From contig JAAOMT010000269.1 of NCBI GenBank assembly GCA_016748015.1, positions 1 to 28,277 on the forward strand: 28,277 nt of DNA, read 5' to 3'. Positions 1 to 10,959 of this stretch are shown one piece after another. Below the pieces are notes generated by a model that searched no databases, had not been told where the DNA came from, and was given only the letters and a program-made list of their open reading frames with translations. The number at the start of each line of letters is the position of its first letter. Within the stretch, counting starts at the first letter, position 1. Source of the DNA: Geosiphon pyriformis uo1. Taxonomy: Eukaryota > Fungi > Glomeromycota. The translations under genes and the position numbers were made by a program.

Positions 1-2566
1 AAATTTTTTGTTTATAATAATTTCTTTTTGCAGTTTTTTGGTTTAAGTTGAAAATATTTTTTTATTTAAAAACTTTTGAAATAGGATAAATAAAAATTTG
101 CATGTAATTTTATTTTTTACAATTTATGAAGCTTTTTTGAATTAATATTTAAATTTATGTATATTAATAATTAAACTTTTTATTAATTGAAAATAATATT
201 TTTTGATAAAAAATTTTCAAATTTAATTTAAATTTTCATAATTTTAGATAAATATATAATAATAATTGTAAGAAAGTTTTTTAAGTGTAAAAAATATTTT
301 AATTTTTAAAATTAATTTAAAATATTTTTTTGATTATTTAAAAAAATTAAGCATATATTAATAATAATTTTAAAATTATTTTATTTTATACAACATTCTT
401 TCTACTAAATTTATTTTCTACAAATATTTATAGAAATTTAACTCTTGAAATCAAACAATAGATTTAAACTTTAATTGAATAAAAAAAATTGTTTTAGAAT
501 TAAATTAATTCTTGATTAAATTCTATTTTTTTTAATAATAAAACTGTATTATATAAAAACTTTAAAATACTACAACTAATTTGACAAGTACTAGTTTTTA
601 CATTAAAACTAATAATGTTATTTAAATTGTTTAAAATATTTAATCTTTAAAATAAAAATTATGTTAATCATAGAAAATATCTATTTTTATTAAATACTAT
701 AAAAATATGATTAAAATAGCCACATAAATGTTTAAAAAATGTTTTTACTTTGTTAAAAACTTTACTTTTTGATTTTTCTGAATAAACACACTAATTTTAA
801 AGTTTAGATATTAATTAACACAACTAACTTAACTGAAGTTAAAAAAAGGTTTTGTTTAATAAGATGTTTTTTAATATTATTTATTTATTTTTTATTTAAA
901 ATTTTTCTTAGTAAATTTGAAAATTGTTTTAAAGTATTTTATTTTAAATTAATTTAGTTTTAAACATAAATATAAATTTTTATAAAAGACTAATATTATT
1001 TTTAATATTTCTTTAAAGTTAATTTTTTAAAAATTGAATATTTTGCTGTTTATAAGCAAAATAATTAGAATATCTATTATTATTAAATAAATACTATTTA
1101 ATAATATTCTTAATAATAATTTTTAAGTTTTTTAATATATTAGATATATTTTTTTATATAGAAATTTTTACACTAATAATTTTTTATTTATTGGTTTAAA
1201 AAATTTAAAGCAATATAATTAAGTAGTTAAGATAAATTAGTTAAGATAATTTTATATTTTTTGTAAAATAATTAAAATAAAATAAATATTCTTAATTTTT
1301 TTAAAAATTTAGTTTTATATAATAAAATATATATTTGTATTAATAAATCACTTTTAATATTTCAAAAAATTTATTAATTAAAATTTTTTCATGTTTATAA
1401 AATATTATATATTATTTAATTATAGTTGTATAATTTTTTAAACTTTAAATTTGTAAATCAAGTTATTTTTTTGTATATAATAATCTAGTTTACATTAAAA
1501 TTTACACAATAATTTTAATTAAGAAGTAAAATTTGCAAGCAATACAAATTTAATTGTTTTTTAACAAAAAAATAATATTTATAAATAAAAAATATTCAAA
1601 ATTATATATTGTTAATTTATATTAAACTAAGTCTTAAATCAAAAAATAAAATTTTAAAAGAACAAATATTAAAAATTAATAAAATATTATTATTATTAAG
1701 TATTAATATTGTTAAAATTAAAATAACTATTTTTATTTATTTATTTATAGAATAGCAAAATATACAGATTGTTTAATAGTTATTTTTTAATTATTATTAG
1801 TATTTTTATTGTTTTATAATATTTAAAAGTTTTTTGTATTAGATATTATAATTATTAAATAATTTATTATAAAAAAAATCAGAGTTTATAAATTAACTTA
1901 ACTATAGTTTAATTTTATATTAGGTTTTTTTTTCATAATATATTAATGTAATTTTATTATTGTTGTTTTATAGTCTATTTTTTTAAAATTTTTTACAGAT
2001 TATAAATTTTTTAAAAAAAAATTATTAATTAAATATTAGTTTAATAACTTTATGATTTAATTTTGTTTTCTAATCTAATTTTTTATTATTTTTTATTCTT
2101 ATTATTAAAATTCTAGTCGTTATTAAAGCATATTTAAGTTTTAATTATATTTAAAACTTAATAACTTTTTATTAATCTTAAATTTATAGTTATTTTTTAA
2201 AGTATATTTTTATTCTAATTATATTACTCAAATTATGATTGAAATTTGTTTGTTATTAAAAGTATTATGAACAAATTATGTTTTATTTTCTGTTTTTTAA
2301 GATACTTTATATAAATTTCAACTGTTTTTATTATTAATATTATTATATACACAAAACATTTCTTTAGTTTTTTATAGAAGTTTTTTAGAATTCTAATTAT
2401 TATTATTATTATTATATTAAAAAAAATTACTATCTTTTTTTGAAAACAATTTTTAAACATATATTTTTTATGCAAATTAATAATTAGTTTTTTACTTTAA
2501 TTTATATTGTAATATCAAAAAAATTAATAATTAAACTTTATATTTGTTATTTTTAACATAAATAAT
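1..2566. other. Extremely AT-rich, CpG-depleted DNA, probably an old repeat eroded beyond recognition
   Basis: Almost only A/T. I recovered no protein motif by eye on either strand. Composition fits the end-point of the C>T/G>A decay seen in neighbouring elements. Confidence 0.4.
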
Positions 2567-2576
2567 TAAATATTTT

Positions 2577-2950
2577 ATTTATTTATTTATTTATTTTAAT
2601 GAGTAAAGTCCAAACACTACCTAATACTATACATCAAAGAAATAATCTAAATTAAGTGTGAATCATGTACTTTTTACATGTGACCAGCCACTAGGGTCAG
2701 TCAGAACAACACTACACAGCTATGCAAACTGAAATTGCATTACAAATGCCTGAAAAAAACAAACACTGCCTGTGAAAACCAAAACAAATACTGAAAGCCT
2801 CAACAACACTCAACAAATTGATTATACCAGCAGAAAACCTCGATAACAAACCAAACACCAAAATAGAAGCCAAACTGCTTAAAAGAATCAACTTATGTTT
2901 TTCCATATATGCACAATGTTTCACGTGAACCAACCAGATATTATCTTTGA
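2577..2950 (-). mobile_element. 5'-truncated LINE insertion (ORF2 C-terminus, 3' UTR, (TAAA)n tail)
   Basis: Minus translation (DNIWLVHVKHCAYMEKHKLI...FGFHRQCLFFSGICNAISVCIAV*) is homologous to the ORF2 C-terminus at 18309-18617. The 3' UTR matches 18618-18750 (tgtagtgttgtt...ggtcacatgtaa...ggactttact). Flanked by a perfect 10-bp TSD TAAATATTTT at 2567-2576 and 2951-2960. Confidence 0.9.
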
Positions 2951-3992
2951 TAAATATTTTTTAACATATATAATTTTAAGAAAAAAATATTAGTTACCAA
3001 TAATTAAAAAAATTATTGTTTTTAATTTATATTTAACATAATAATTAAATATTTTTTTATGTAAAATTTTAATAAAATTTTTAAGTAATTATTTAAAAAA
3101 AATTTTCAAGAGTTTTTGTTTTATTTTTTTAATAAAAGTTAATAATAAATTTAAAAGATTTAGTGCCTAAAAAAATATATATAAAATAAATTAATATTGA
3201 TAAATTAATTAGAAAAAAAACTGGTTTTTGGTTTTATAATTAAAATATAAAGCTTTATAATTATTTTTTAATAAGCTTTAAGATACCAACACTAATAATT
3301 TATAAATTATTATTAAAGTTAATATTAATTATTAATACATAATTATTATAAATAAGTAAATATTAAAAAGCATTAAAAATAAAATATTAAATTTTTTAAA
3401 TCAAAATTTTTAAAAATTTTGGTAATTTAATAAAAAAATTAATTAAAATTCAAAAAATATAAACAGTTAAAATAATTTATAACAGTAAATAATAATTATT
3501 ATATAATAAAATGCTAATTTTTTTAGGCTTTAATACAAATAAACTGTTTAATTAGCTTTGTTTATAAAGTTATATATAAAAAATTAATAGAGTTTTATAA
3601 CTGTAAAAAAATATTTTCTTAATATTTTTGCTGTTATATTAAATATTAAGATAATTTTAATTATAATATCATAATAATATTAATTTATTAAATTATATTT
3701 TTAACAAATAATATGTTTTTTATAAACTATTATATAAAAAATTGTGAAATATTTTAAAAAGATATATTTTACCGAAAAATTCAAAATCTAAAAAAATATA
3801 ATTTAATATTTAACAATATATTTTATAACTACAATTATATAAATATAAAAAATAATATGATTTTATTATTATTAGATAAATTAAATTTTTTTTATTATAA
3901 TTTTATTTTCTTTTATATTATTTTTTATTATCTAAATTTTTTAAAAAAATTAAGATTTTTTTGGTCTAAAAATTAAAATAAAAAACTTTTTT

Positions 3993-4525
3993 ATATTTAA
4001 CAAAACTTTTAGTACTTGTTATATTTTTTACTAATATATTTTTTATTAAAATAACTTAATATTATTTTACTTTTATAAATTTTTATTTTATAAATATTTA
4101 TAATTAATATTTAAAAAGAAATTTATTAGTATTTAATAAAACTTTTTAGTATTTGTTGTATTTTATGCTAATATGTTTTTTACCAAAATAATTTTATAGT
4201 ATATTACTTTTATATAAGTTTTTATTTTATTAATATTTATAGTTAATATTTAAAAAAAAAATTATTAATATTTAATAAAACTTTTAATACTTGTTATAAT
4301 CTATATTAGTATGTTTTTTTATTAAAATAATTTAATATTATCTTATTTTTATATAGTTTTAAATTTATGAATTCTTATAATAATACTTAAAAAAAAATTT
4401 GTTAATATTTAATAAAACATTTTAGTACTTATTATATTTTTATGTTAATATATTTAATACTATAATAATTTATATTTATATAAACTTTTATTTTTTTTAA
4501 ATTATTTATAATAAATATTTAAAAA
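3993..4525. repeat. Degenerate tandem repeat, ~4 copies of a ~137-bp unit
   Basis: Anchor 'tatttaa(c/t)aaaac-ttttagtacttgtt' recurs near 3993, 4129, 4268 and 4404, each followed by similar downstream sequence ending '...aatatttaaaaa'. Confidence 0.75.
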
Positions 4526-4586
4526 ATAGTTTTTATAATTTTTGTTTTTTAATTTTCATTAAGTATAATTTAAACTTAACTAATTT

Positions 4587-4838
4587 AAAATTTTATGTAA
4601 TTTTTAATCAATAAAAAAACTAAATATATAATATTTTTATAAAATTGTTCTTGAAAATTAATTATATAAATTTTTATATTTTTTTAATTACTTATAATAA
4701 TACTTAATAAGTAAATATAATAATTTTGTTAATTACAATTTAAGTTTTATTTTTTTGAAAATTTTATATAATTTTTAATTAATTAAAAAACCAAATATAT
4801 AATATTTCTATAAAAACTGGTTTTAAAAATTTATTATA
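4587..4838. repeat. ~80-bp direct duplication (4587-4666 and 4758-4838)
   Basis: aaaattttat(g/a)taatttttaat...aaaaaac(t/c)aaatatataatattt(t/c)tataaaa... occurs twice, ~171 bp apart. Confidence 0.6.
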
Positions 4839-5007
4839 AATACTATATAAAAGTTTTTTTATATAAATTTGTATTTATTAATTTATTTTTAATAATTAAT
4901 TTAGATTTTTAAGTGTTTTATTAATTAAATAAATAACAGTAATCAATAAAAAATTCTCAATATAAATTAAAAAAATACTAATAGTAATACTAATTAATAG
5001 ATTTTTT

Positions 5008-5372
5008 ATTAGTCCAATAATAAATTGATTCAAAATTTAAGCATTAAAGTAATAAATATTTGTTTTTAATTAACAAATTCTTATAAAAAGTTTGTTAAAC
5101 TTCTTAATATAAGTCATAACAAATTTAGAAATATTATTGTTAGTAAACTGTTTAAAAAAAAACAGTTTTAAAAATTTGTTAATTGGCAAAAAAATTGGCC
5201 AAGTTTTTGAATTAGTTTCTTTAAAAAAATAAAGAATTGCTTATAATATTTTTATTGTATTCTATTTGTTTGTATTTTTTGTCTTAGTAACTTAATCAAA
5301 CTATTTTTAAAGACTGGTTTCAATATTTTTTTCAGAAAAATTAGAAATCTTTGTAATATAAACAGTAGCTAT
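5008..5372 (-). pseudogene. gag: Degenerate Ty3/gypsy gag (capsid region), family B
   Basis: Read-through translation ATVYITKISNFSEKNIETSL*K*FD*VTKTKNTNK*NT..IL*AILYF...KQFTNNNIS..VMTYIKKFNKL...NA*ILNQFIIGL. It has the same capsid pattern (KFSG..W....W..A.PFFL...ILNQFI.GL) as the gag at 7269-7747. Confidence 0.8.
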
Positions 5373-5540
5373 TTTATTATTATTATTTTTTTATTATTTG
5401 TGTTTTTTTTTAATTGGTTTAAAAACATTTTTTTATTAGTTAAAGTTTTTAAATGTTTACTTTAATTTTTAATATATAATCAAAAAGTTAGTACTAGTAT
5501 AAATTAATTTTGACTATTAAATAAAATTTTTAATTAAGTT

Positions 5541-5558
5541 TTTTGGTCTTAAAAACCA
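5541..5558 (-). promoter_or_regulatory. Putative primer-binding site of the family B element
   Basis: TGGTTTTTAAGACC begins 1 nt after the LTR end (..GTAATA) on the minus strand. The tRNA identity cannot be resolved after mutation. Confidence 0.55.
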
Positions 5559-5559
5559 A

Positions 5560-5870
5560 TATTACAAGTAATTGTTTAGAGTATTAAAGCAAATAACAAA
5601 CTCATAATTTGATATTTAATAATAATTAATAATGATAATTTCTAAAGATTTTGAAGTCTGAAAGTTTTGGTTGAATTTTTTATATAATGAACAGAAATTC
5701 AATTGATGGTTTTTTTTGTGAATTTTTTTTTTAGTGTAGTAGCCAATTTATTTTGGCAGTTATGCTTTTCTAATAAATTATTCTTATTTAGCACTTAATC
5801 TTTTAATCAATTAGTAACCAACAAAAAAAATAAAAATAAAAAAATAAAAGAAAATAAGAAAAAAAATAAA
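5560..5870 (-). repeat. Partial 5' LTR of family B (3' part only)
   Basis: Homologous to the solo LTR at ~23249-23630 (ttacaagtaatt..gcaaataacaaactcataa..; ttaatcaatt(t)agtaa.caacaaaa plus A-rich tract). Ends in GTAATA (ancestral GTAACA) and is followed by TGG. Confidence 0.8.
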
Positions 5871-6412
5871 AAATGCTTTTAGCATAAATGTCTTAAATTT
5901 TAATAATTTGAACTAATCACTCTTGATCATAGCAATTGACAATACTAATTTATTTTTTTTTATTTTTTTATTTTTTATTTTTTTTTATTTATTTTTTATT
6001 TATTTTTATTCTCTTTTATGGAATGGCAATATAAAAAAATCAACTGTTTAAGAATAGACTTCATGATAGTCTGGTAAAAAAAAAAAGCTTCCTTTAAGAT
6101 TAAATATTAATATTATCTTGGTAGCTTACCAGAAGGACAAAAAAACACCATTAAATCCTAATAACTGTGCTTGTTAGCTTGGAGAAAATAGCTTATATTT
6201 ACAACAAAAAGTTACAAAACATGAAAGTAAAAACTCTGTGCTTTATAACCAATAAACTCCACAGATAAATTCATATTAATCAAAAAAATCTTTAAAGACT
6301 AATAATACTAACACACCAAACTTACTGAAAAAAAATTATCAAAAGCTCTTTAGAAACCCAAATATTGAGCACCAAATATTACTACTATATAATCCTAAGT
6401 TTATTCATAATA
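5871..6412 (+). repeat. 5' LTR of element A (first ~490 bp missing)
   Basis: 5871-6294 aligns with 13488-13893. Ends ..TTCATAATA (ancestral ..GTAACA) 2 nt before the PBS. Confidence 0.85.
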
Positions 6413-6414
6413 TT

Positions 6415-6431
6415 TGGTGCTCCATGTGAGA
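6415..6431 (+). promoter_or_regulatory. Primer-binding site, tRNA-Ile(UAU)-type
   Basis: TGGTGCTCCATGTGAG matches 15/16 nt of the complement of the eukaryotic tRNA-Ile(UAU) 3' end as I recall it (TGGTGCTCCAGGTGAG), and lies directly after the LTR. Confidence 0.75.
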
Positions 6432-7747
6432 TTATAAAAATTCACAAAAGTAGTGACTTTTAAAATAATAAGAAAAAATTACTCACCATACAGAAAAACA
6501 TTATTTCAATACTTTAGACAAGATTTAAGAATCCCACTTAAAGCTATTACTATTAAAAAAAAATTTTGTCAATATCTATAGGCAAAAATTAACTGTCTGT
6601 TAGGCCAAACAACAGACACAGAAAAAATTGAAGAACAAATACACCAAAAATTATTAACATACTTAACAGAAACTATCATTCAAGCCATAACTAAGACCTT
6701 TCATATAATTGATAGAGAAATTAAGAAATACATAACACAACAGTATCTTTAAGTAAAAAGAAAACAATTAACAAAGCCCGATTCTACAGAATTTGAATTT
6801 AAATCTGTTAATACAACAGCTGCACAAGAACAAGTCTAACTTACAGTCAACAAGAAATTAAGGTTTCTTTTACTAAACATTCTGTTATATCATCAGATAC
6901 CAGAAAGTAGAATTTTATTCAACCAACCCATAAAAAAACAAACAAAAACTCCAAGAACTTTTAAAATCCTGTATCTTTGGGGCCATAATAATAATCTTTG
7001 GACAAAATCTCTGAGAGAATATGAATCATTATTTAGAAATCTTATTCTAACAGCCAGCCAACCCAGTGAAAGCATGTCCTTTTAGTTACTATTATTAGCA
7101 CAGTCTTTAACAAAGTTAACAACTATCTCTACAGAAAAAACAGCTATCTTGTTATCCATTGGTCTCAACAAAGAAAAACAACTAGCATTAGCACTCAAAA
7201 AACAATATAGTACTCTACCATCAATTCCCTTAGCCTCAACCAATAAACTATTTCCTATTAATCAGAATATGACTTACTAAAATATTACTAAGCTTGAAAA
7301 ATTTTCCAAAAATGAAAATAATGCATATTTTTGGATTGTAAAAGCCAAAAAAGCAATCACTACCAACAATTGGAATAATAACAAAACAATTCAAGCATTG
7401 CCTTTCTTTTTAACAAGAATAGCAGATTTGTAATACCAAAGTTTTGAAGAGAAACCAACTGACTTTGCTAATATTTTTGCAACCCTAATACACTTATTAG
7501 ATTACAAAATCAGTTCAGCATAATAAAACCAAAAAATTATAAAGCCATAACCACTTATCTTAGACAATTTAATCAAATTTTCTAACAGGTTTAGGTAATT
7601 GAAAGGGACTATTACACACCCAGACAAATTTTTAATCAATTTATCAAAGGATTAAGAAGTAACATCCTACAATTAATAAAACTCTAGCACCCAACAAACT
7701 TACAAAAAGCAGTCTTTTTTACTCATAACTTTGAATCAGCAGAACAA
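6432..7747 (+). pseudogene. gag: gag pseudogene of element A
   Basis: 7269-7443 reads MTY*NITKLEKFSKNENNAYFWIVKAKKAITTNNWNNNKTIQALPFFLTRIADL*YQSF. 7630-7747 reads NQFIKGLRSNILQLIKL*HPTNLQKAVFFTHNFESAEQ (retrotransposon capsid). The 5' limit is approximate. Confidence 0.85.
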
Positions 7748-8420
7748 ACACCACATTAAAGAGATCAACTATACTGACCTCCAAAATTAATCTGTATTGA
7801 TTGTGAAAAGAAATTATCTTCAATGAATGTTTGCATTGAAGACAATAAAGTTTGGCCAACTGCCATAAAATATTATTGTTGACTATGTGTATTAAGAAAA
7901 TTCAAACAACCAAAGTAATAGAACAAATAAGACAATACCCTTTGTTTTGTATATAATGAAATTCTATCTGATAAAGATCTATGAAATAATGTTTTTAGAA
8001 GAAAAAAAATCTGTAATGAGTCTTGTCAGTATACCATCTTAATTAATGACTAGATGTGAAAAATAACTTTATTTATTACAGTGTATTAATGAACAATAAA
8101 CCAAATAGAAAACTATTCTTATAACGAAAAAAAATATGAGAAATGGCTTTAGCAAAATATAAAGGAGCCACTATTGAAAAAATACACACCATTAAAAATG
8201 CTTCTGTAATTATCAAAGAAATAGACAATCTATTAACAGATGATCTGAAAACATTCTAAGACCAATACCAAAAATTGGCTCCTACTTGAAAGGAATAAAA
8301 ACAAAGACTAGCTGACTTCAATACAAAGCTGTGCAATTATTGTCTAATTTTTTGCCATTTTCAGCATTGCAACAAGTGCAATTTCTTATTTAATCTGTCT
8401 TCAAGAACATTATATCCTAT
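7748..8420 (+). pseudogene. Cys-rich domain of unknown function within the polyprotein
   Basis: Begins in frame with gag: KLICIDCEKKLSSMNVC...YYC*LC...TLCFVY...ICNESCQYTILIND*..., then, after a frameshift in the A-run near 8130, TKLCNYCLIFCHFQHCNKC (8332-8379). Confidence 0.65.
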
Positions 8421-8559
8421 TATGGAATTATTAAAACCCAAAGAAGACCATAAATTAATCATTGAAGACATATTATTTCAAGAACTAAATAAGACTGTTG
8501 AAATAGAACAGTATTTTACTTACTCTGACCTCTCTAAAAAAATAAAATTAAAATAATAT

Positions 8560-8980
8560 AATGACAACCATAAAAAAATATGCTCAGAAAAAACACACAA
8601 AACTGATGCTAATTTTGACTTAAGATACTTTGAACAATCACTCATAGTTATAGCTCCACATTTCCTTGTAATAATAGACCTAAAGATAGTCTTAAAAATT
8701 TTTATCAGTATGATAGTACAAGTTACATCTCAATTTAGTCTGGCCAAGAAAAAAATTGATGTAAAAGAAGAAATTATTGACACCAAATATACAGAAAATA
8801 TCATCATAATATTATAAAACAATTCAAACTGACTCTACAAAATTGAGTTACAAGAAAAAATTGCTTAAGCTATTTTTTTGCCTTTCATAAAAATACTCCA
8901 ATTAATTCTAATTATTATATATAAAGAATTAAGCCTCACCACCAGAGAAATTAACAGATTCAAATTGAGTAGAAAAGGAA
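8560..8980 (+). pseudogene. dut: Trimeric dUTPase domain (decayed)
   Basis: All five motifs occur in order and in frame: I A(N/G)FDL 8608-8622; II S(Q/R)(F/S)SLA 8728-8745; III (E/G)IID(T/A)(K/G)YT(E/G)NI 8770-8802; IV KIA(*/Q)AIF ~8857-8877; V R(E/G)IN(R/G)F(K/G)(L/S)S 8944-8970. The bracketed deviations from the expected motif are all G>A or C>T changes. Confidence 0.9.
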
Positions 8981-9499
8981 ACATGTCTATTAACTTTATC
9001 AAAAAAGACAGTAACTAAGTAGAACTTGTATATACAGACACAGTCATCTTTATTTCTCCATATCAACAATATATTCTTAAGATAGAAAAAAAGATCCAAG
9101 ATTAAGCCATATTATTTAAAGCCAATCTAGAAATCTGCTTCCTAGCCAATATAGCCAATTTGTATATACCAATCAAAGTTCATAAACATTTAAAAATTCT
9201 CATCTATAATTACACTAAAAATACTATCGAAATTTTAGAAGGAATTCTTATTGGTTTCATATTCCTGAATATTGAGAATTCAGACAGACCACAACTCATT
9301 CCAAATTTTGTGCAATTATTCTTATTTTGCAATATTACTTTGCAAGTATAAAACCTGTCAAAAAAAAGTTACTTGTTTATGTTAAAAGAAATCAACAAAT
9401 TAAATTTGGGAAACTTAAGTACACTATAGCAAATACAATTCAAGGTCTTTTTAAATCAATATGCTGATGTTTTTGCTAACAAAAATGAGTTTAGATGTA

Positions 9500-10780
9500 C
9501 TGATATTATTAAACACCAGATTAATATGGGTGATCTATTAAGCAATAAGCCTATAGAGTAAATCCAACAGGCAATAATTTAATTAAACAGAAGGTACAAT
9601 GAATGCTTGACAATGATCTGATTAAAAAATTACTAAGTTTTTGGTTCTCTCCAATTGTATTAGTCACAAAGAAAAATAGAAAGTTAAGATTCTATATAGA
9701 TTATTGAAAACTAAATAATGTTACTTATGGAGATAATTATCCCACTTCTCTTATTTAAAAAATCTTAGACAATCTGAAAAATAAGAAATAGTTTTCATTA
9801 TTAGACCTTGCCAATAGATATTAGCAAGTCAAGATGAATCCAAAAAACAAAAAAAAAATGGCATTTATCACATGAAATAGAAACTTTAAATTTAATGTAA
9901 TGCTTTTTGGGCTTTGCAATACTTCTGTTACTTTTTAATAGCTAATAAATGTTGTGTATAAAAAAATTCTATAAAAATTAGTTGTAGTATATTTAGACAA
10001 TACCAATGTATTCTCCAAAGCCTTTGATAACCATCTACTTCATCTTAAACAAGTTTTTAAGCACTTTTAGGACACAGAATTAAAACTCAATCCTAACAAA
10101 TGCTTCTTTGGAAAGAAAAAACTAAAATTCTTAAAACATTTAATTAGCAAAGATAGAATTAAACCCAATCTAAACAAAGTACAAAAAGTTAAAAATTTTT
10201 TAGCCCCAACTAATCTATAAGAACTAAAAAAATTTTTAGAACTGGCTAAATACTATTGTTAATTCATTAAAGAATTCTCAGATATTGCTAAACCTCTCTA
10301 TTACTTACTGTTGAAACATATGCCATACCTTTAAAGAAAAGAACAGCAAAAAACATTCGATTATCTCAAACAACAATTGCTTATAGCACCAATTTTGATC
10401 TATCCCAACTTCAACAAAAGATTTATAATTACAATAAATGTCTTAAAAAATACATTAGGAACAGTTCTGTCTCAAATTGGATTAAACAACAGAAAACATC
10501 CAATTGCATATGTTAGTTATAGCACAAGTTCAGTGGAAAAAATATACAATACAATAAATTTAAAATGTTTTGCCATCTATTGGGCCATACATACTTGAAA
10601 ACACTATCTTAGTTAACTATTTGACATATATACTGATCATAAAGGGCTTATTTAATTACTTAACAAACTATAACCAGAAGAAAAATATGCATGATAGAGT
10701 ACTTATCTACAACAATTTTTATACAAAGCCTATTATAAAAAAGAATCTAAAAATACCAATACTGACAGTTTATTGAAAAT
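9500..10780 (+). pseudogene. pol: Reverse transcriptase and RNase H of element A
   Basis: RT motifs: WFSPIVLVTKKNRKLRFYIDY*KLN, LDLANRY*QV, VMLFGLCNTSVTF, VVVYLDN (YLDD, 9990-10001), KFLKHLIS. RNase H motifs: FIITINV...LGTVLSQ, YTDHKGL, NTNTDSL. Confidence 0.93.
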
Positions 10781-10959
10781 AACACAAGTCTAGTCTCAAA
10801 TTTATAGATACAACCACTTATCAGCAATTACATCAGTACTTATTAACACTTCAATTTAAGAAGATATTACCTTAACAGAAATAAAGTATCATATGAAAAC
10901 AAGCCTAAAAATACTTTATTTAAAATAATCAACTATATTGTTAAGAATGTTAAAATTAT

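Noticed and set aside
2233-2475. ORF-track calls in AT-rich DNA (also 26938-27219, 14756-14953, 16767-17006, 17184-17372, 6893-7075, 11936-12154, 20021-20212)
   Set aside because: They are low-complexity frames, antisense to pseudogenes, or inside an LTR, and have no motifs.
1-4980. Possible organellar, viral or centromeric origin of the extremely AT-rich DNA
   Set aside because: No tRNA, rRNA or conserved protein motif is recognisable, and eroded nuclear repeats explain the composition. Centromere function cannot be judged from sequence.
5541-5558. Assigning the family B PBS to tRNA-Glu
   Set aside because: It would need several back-mutations plus an indel, which is too degenerate to support.
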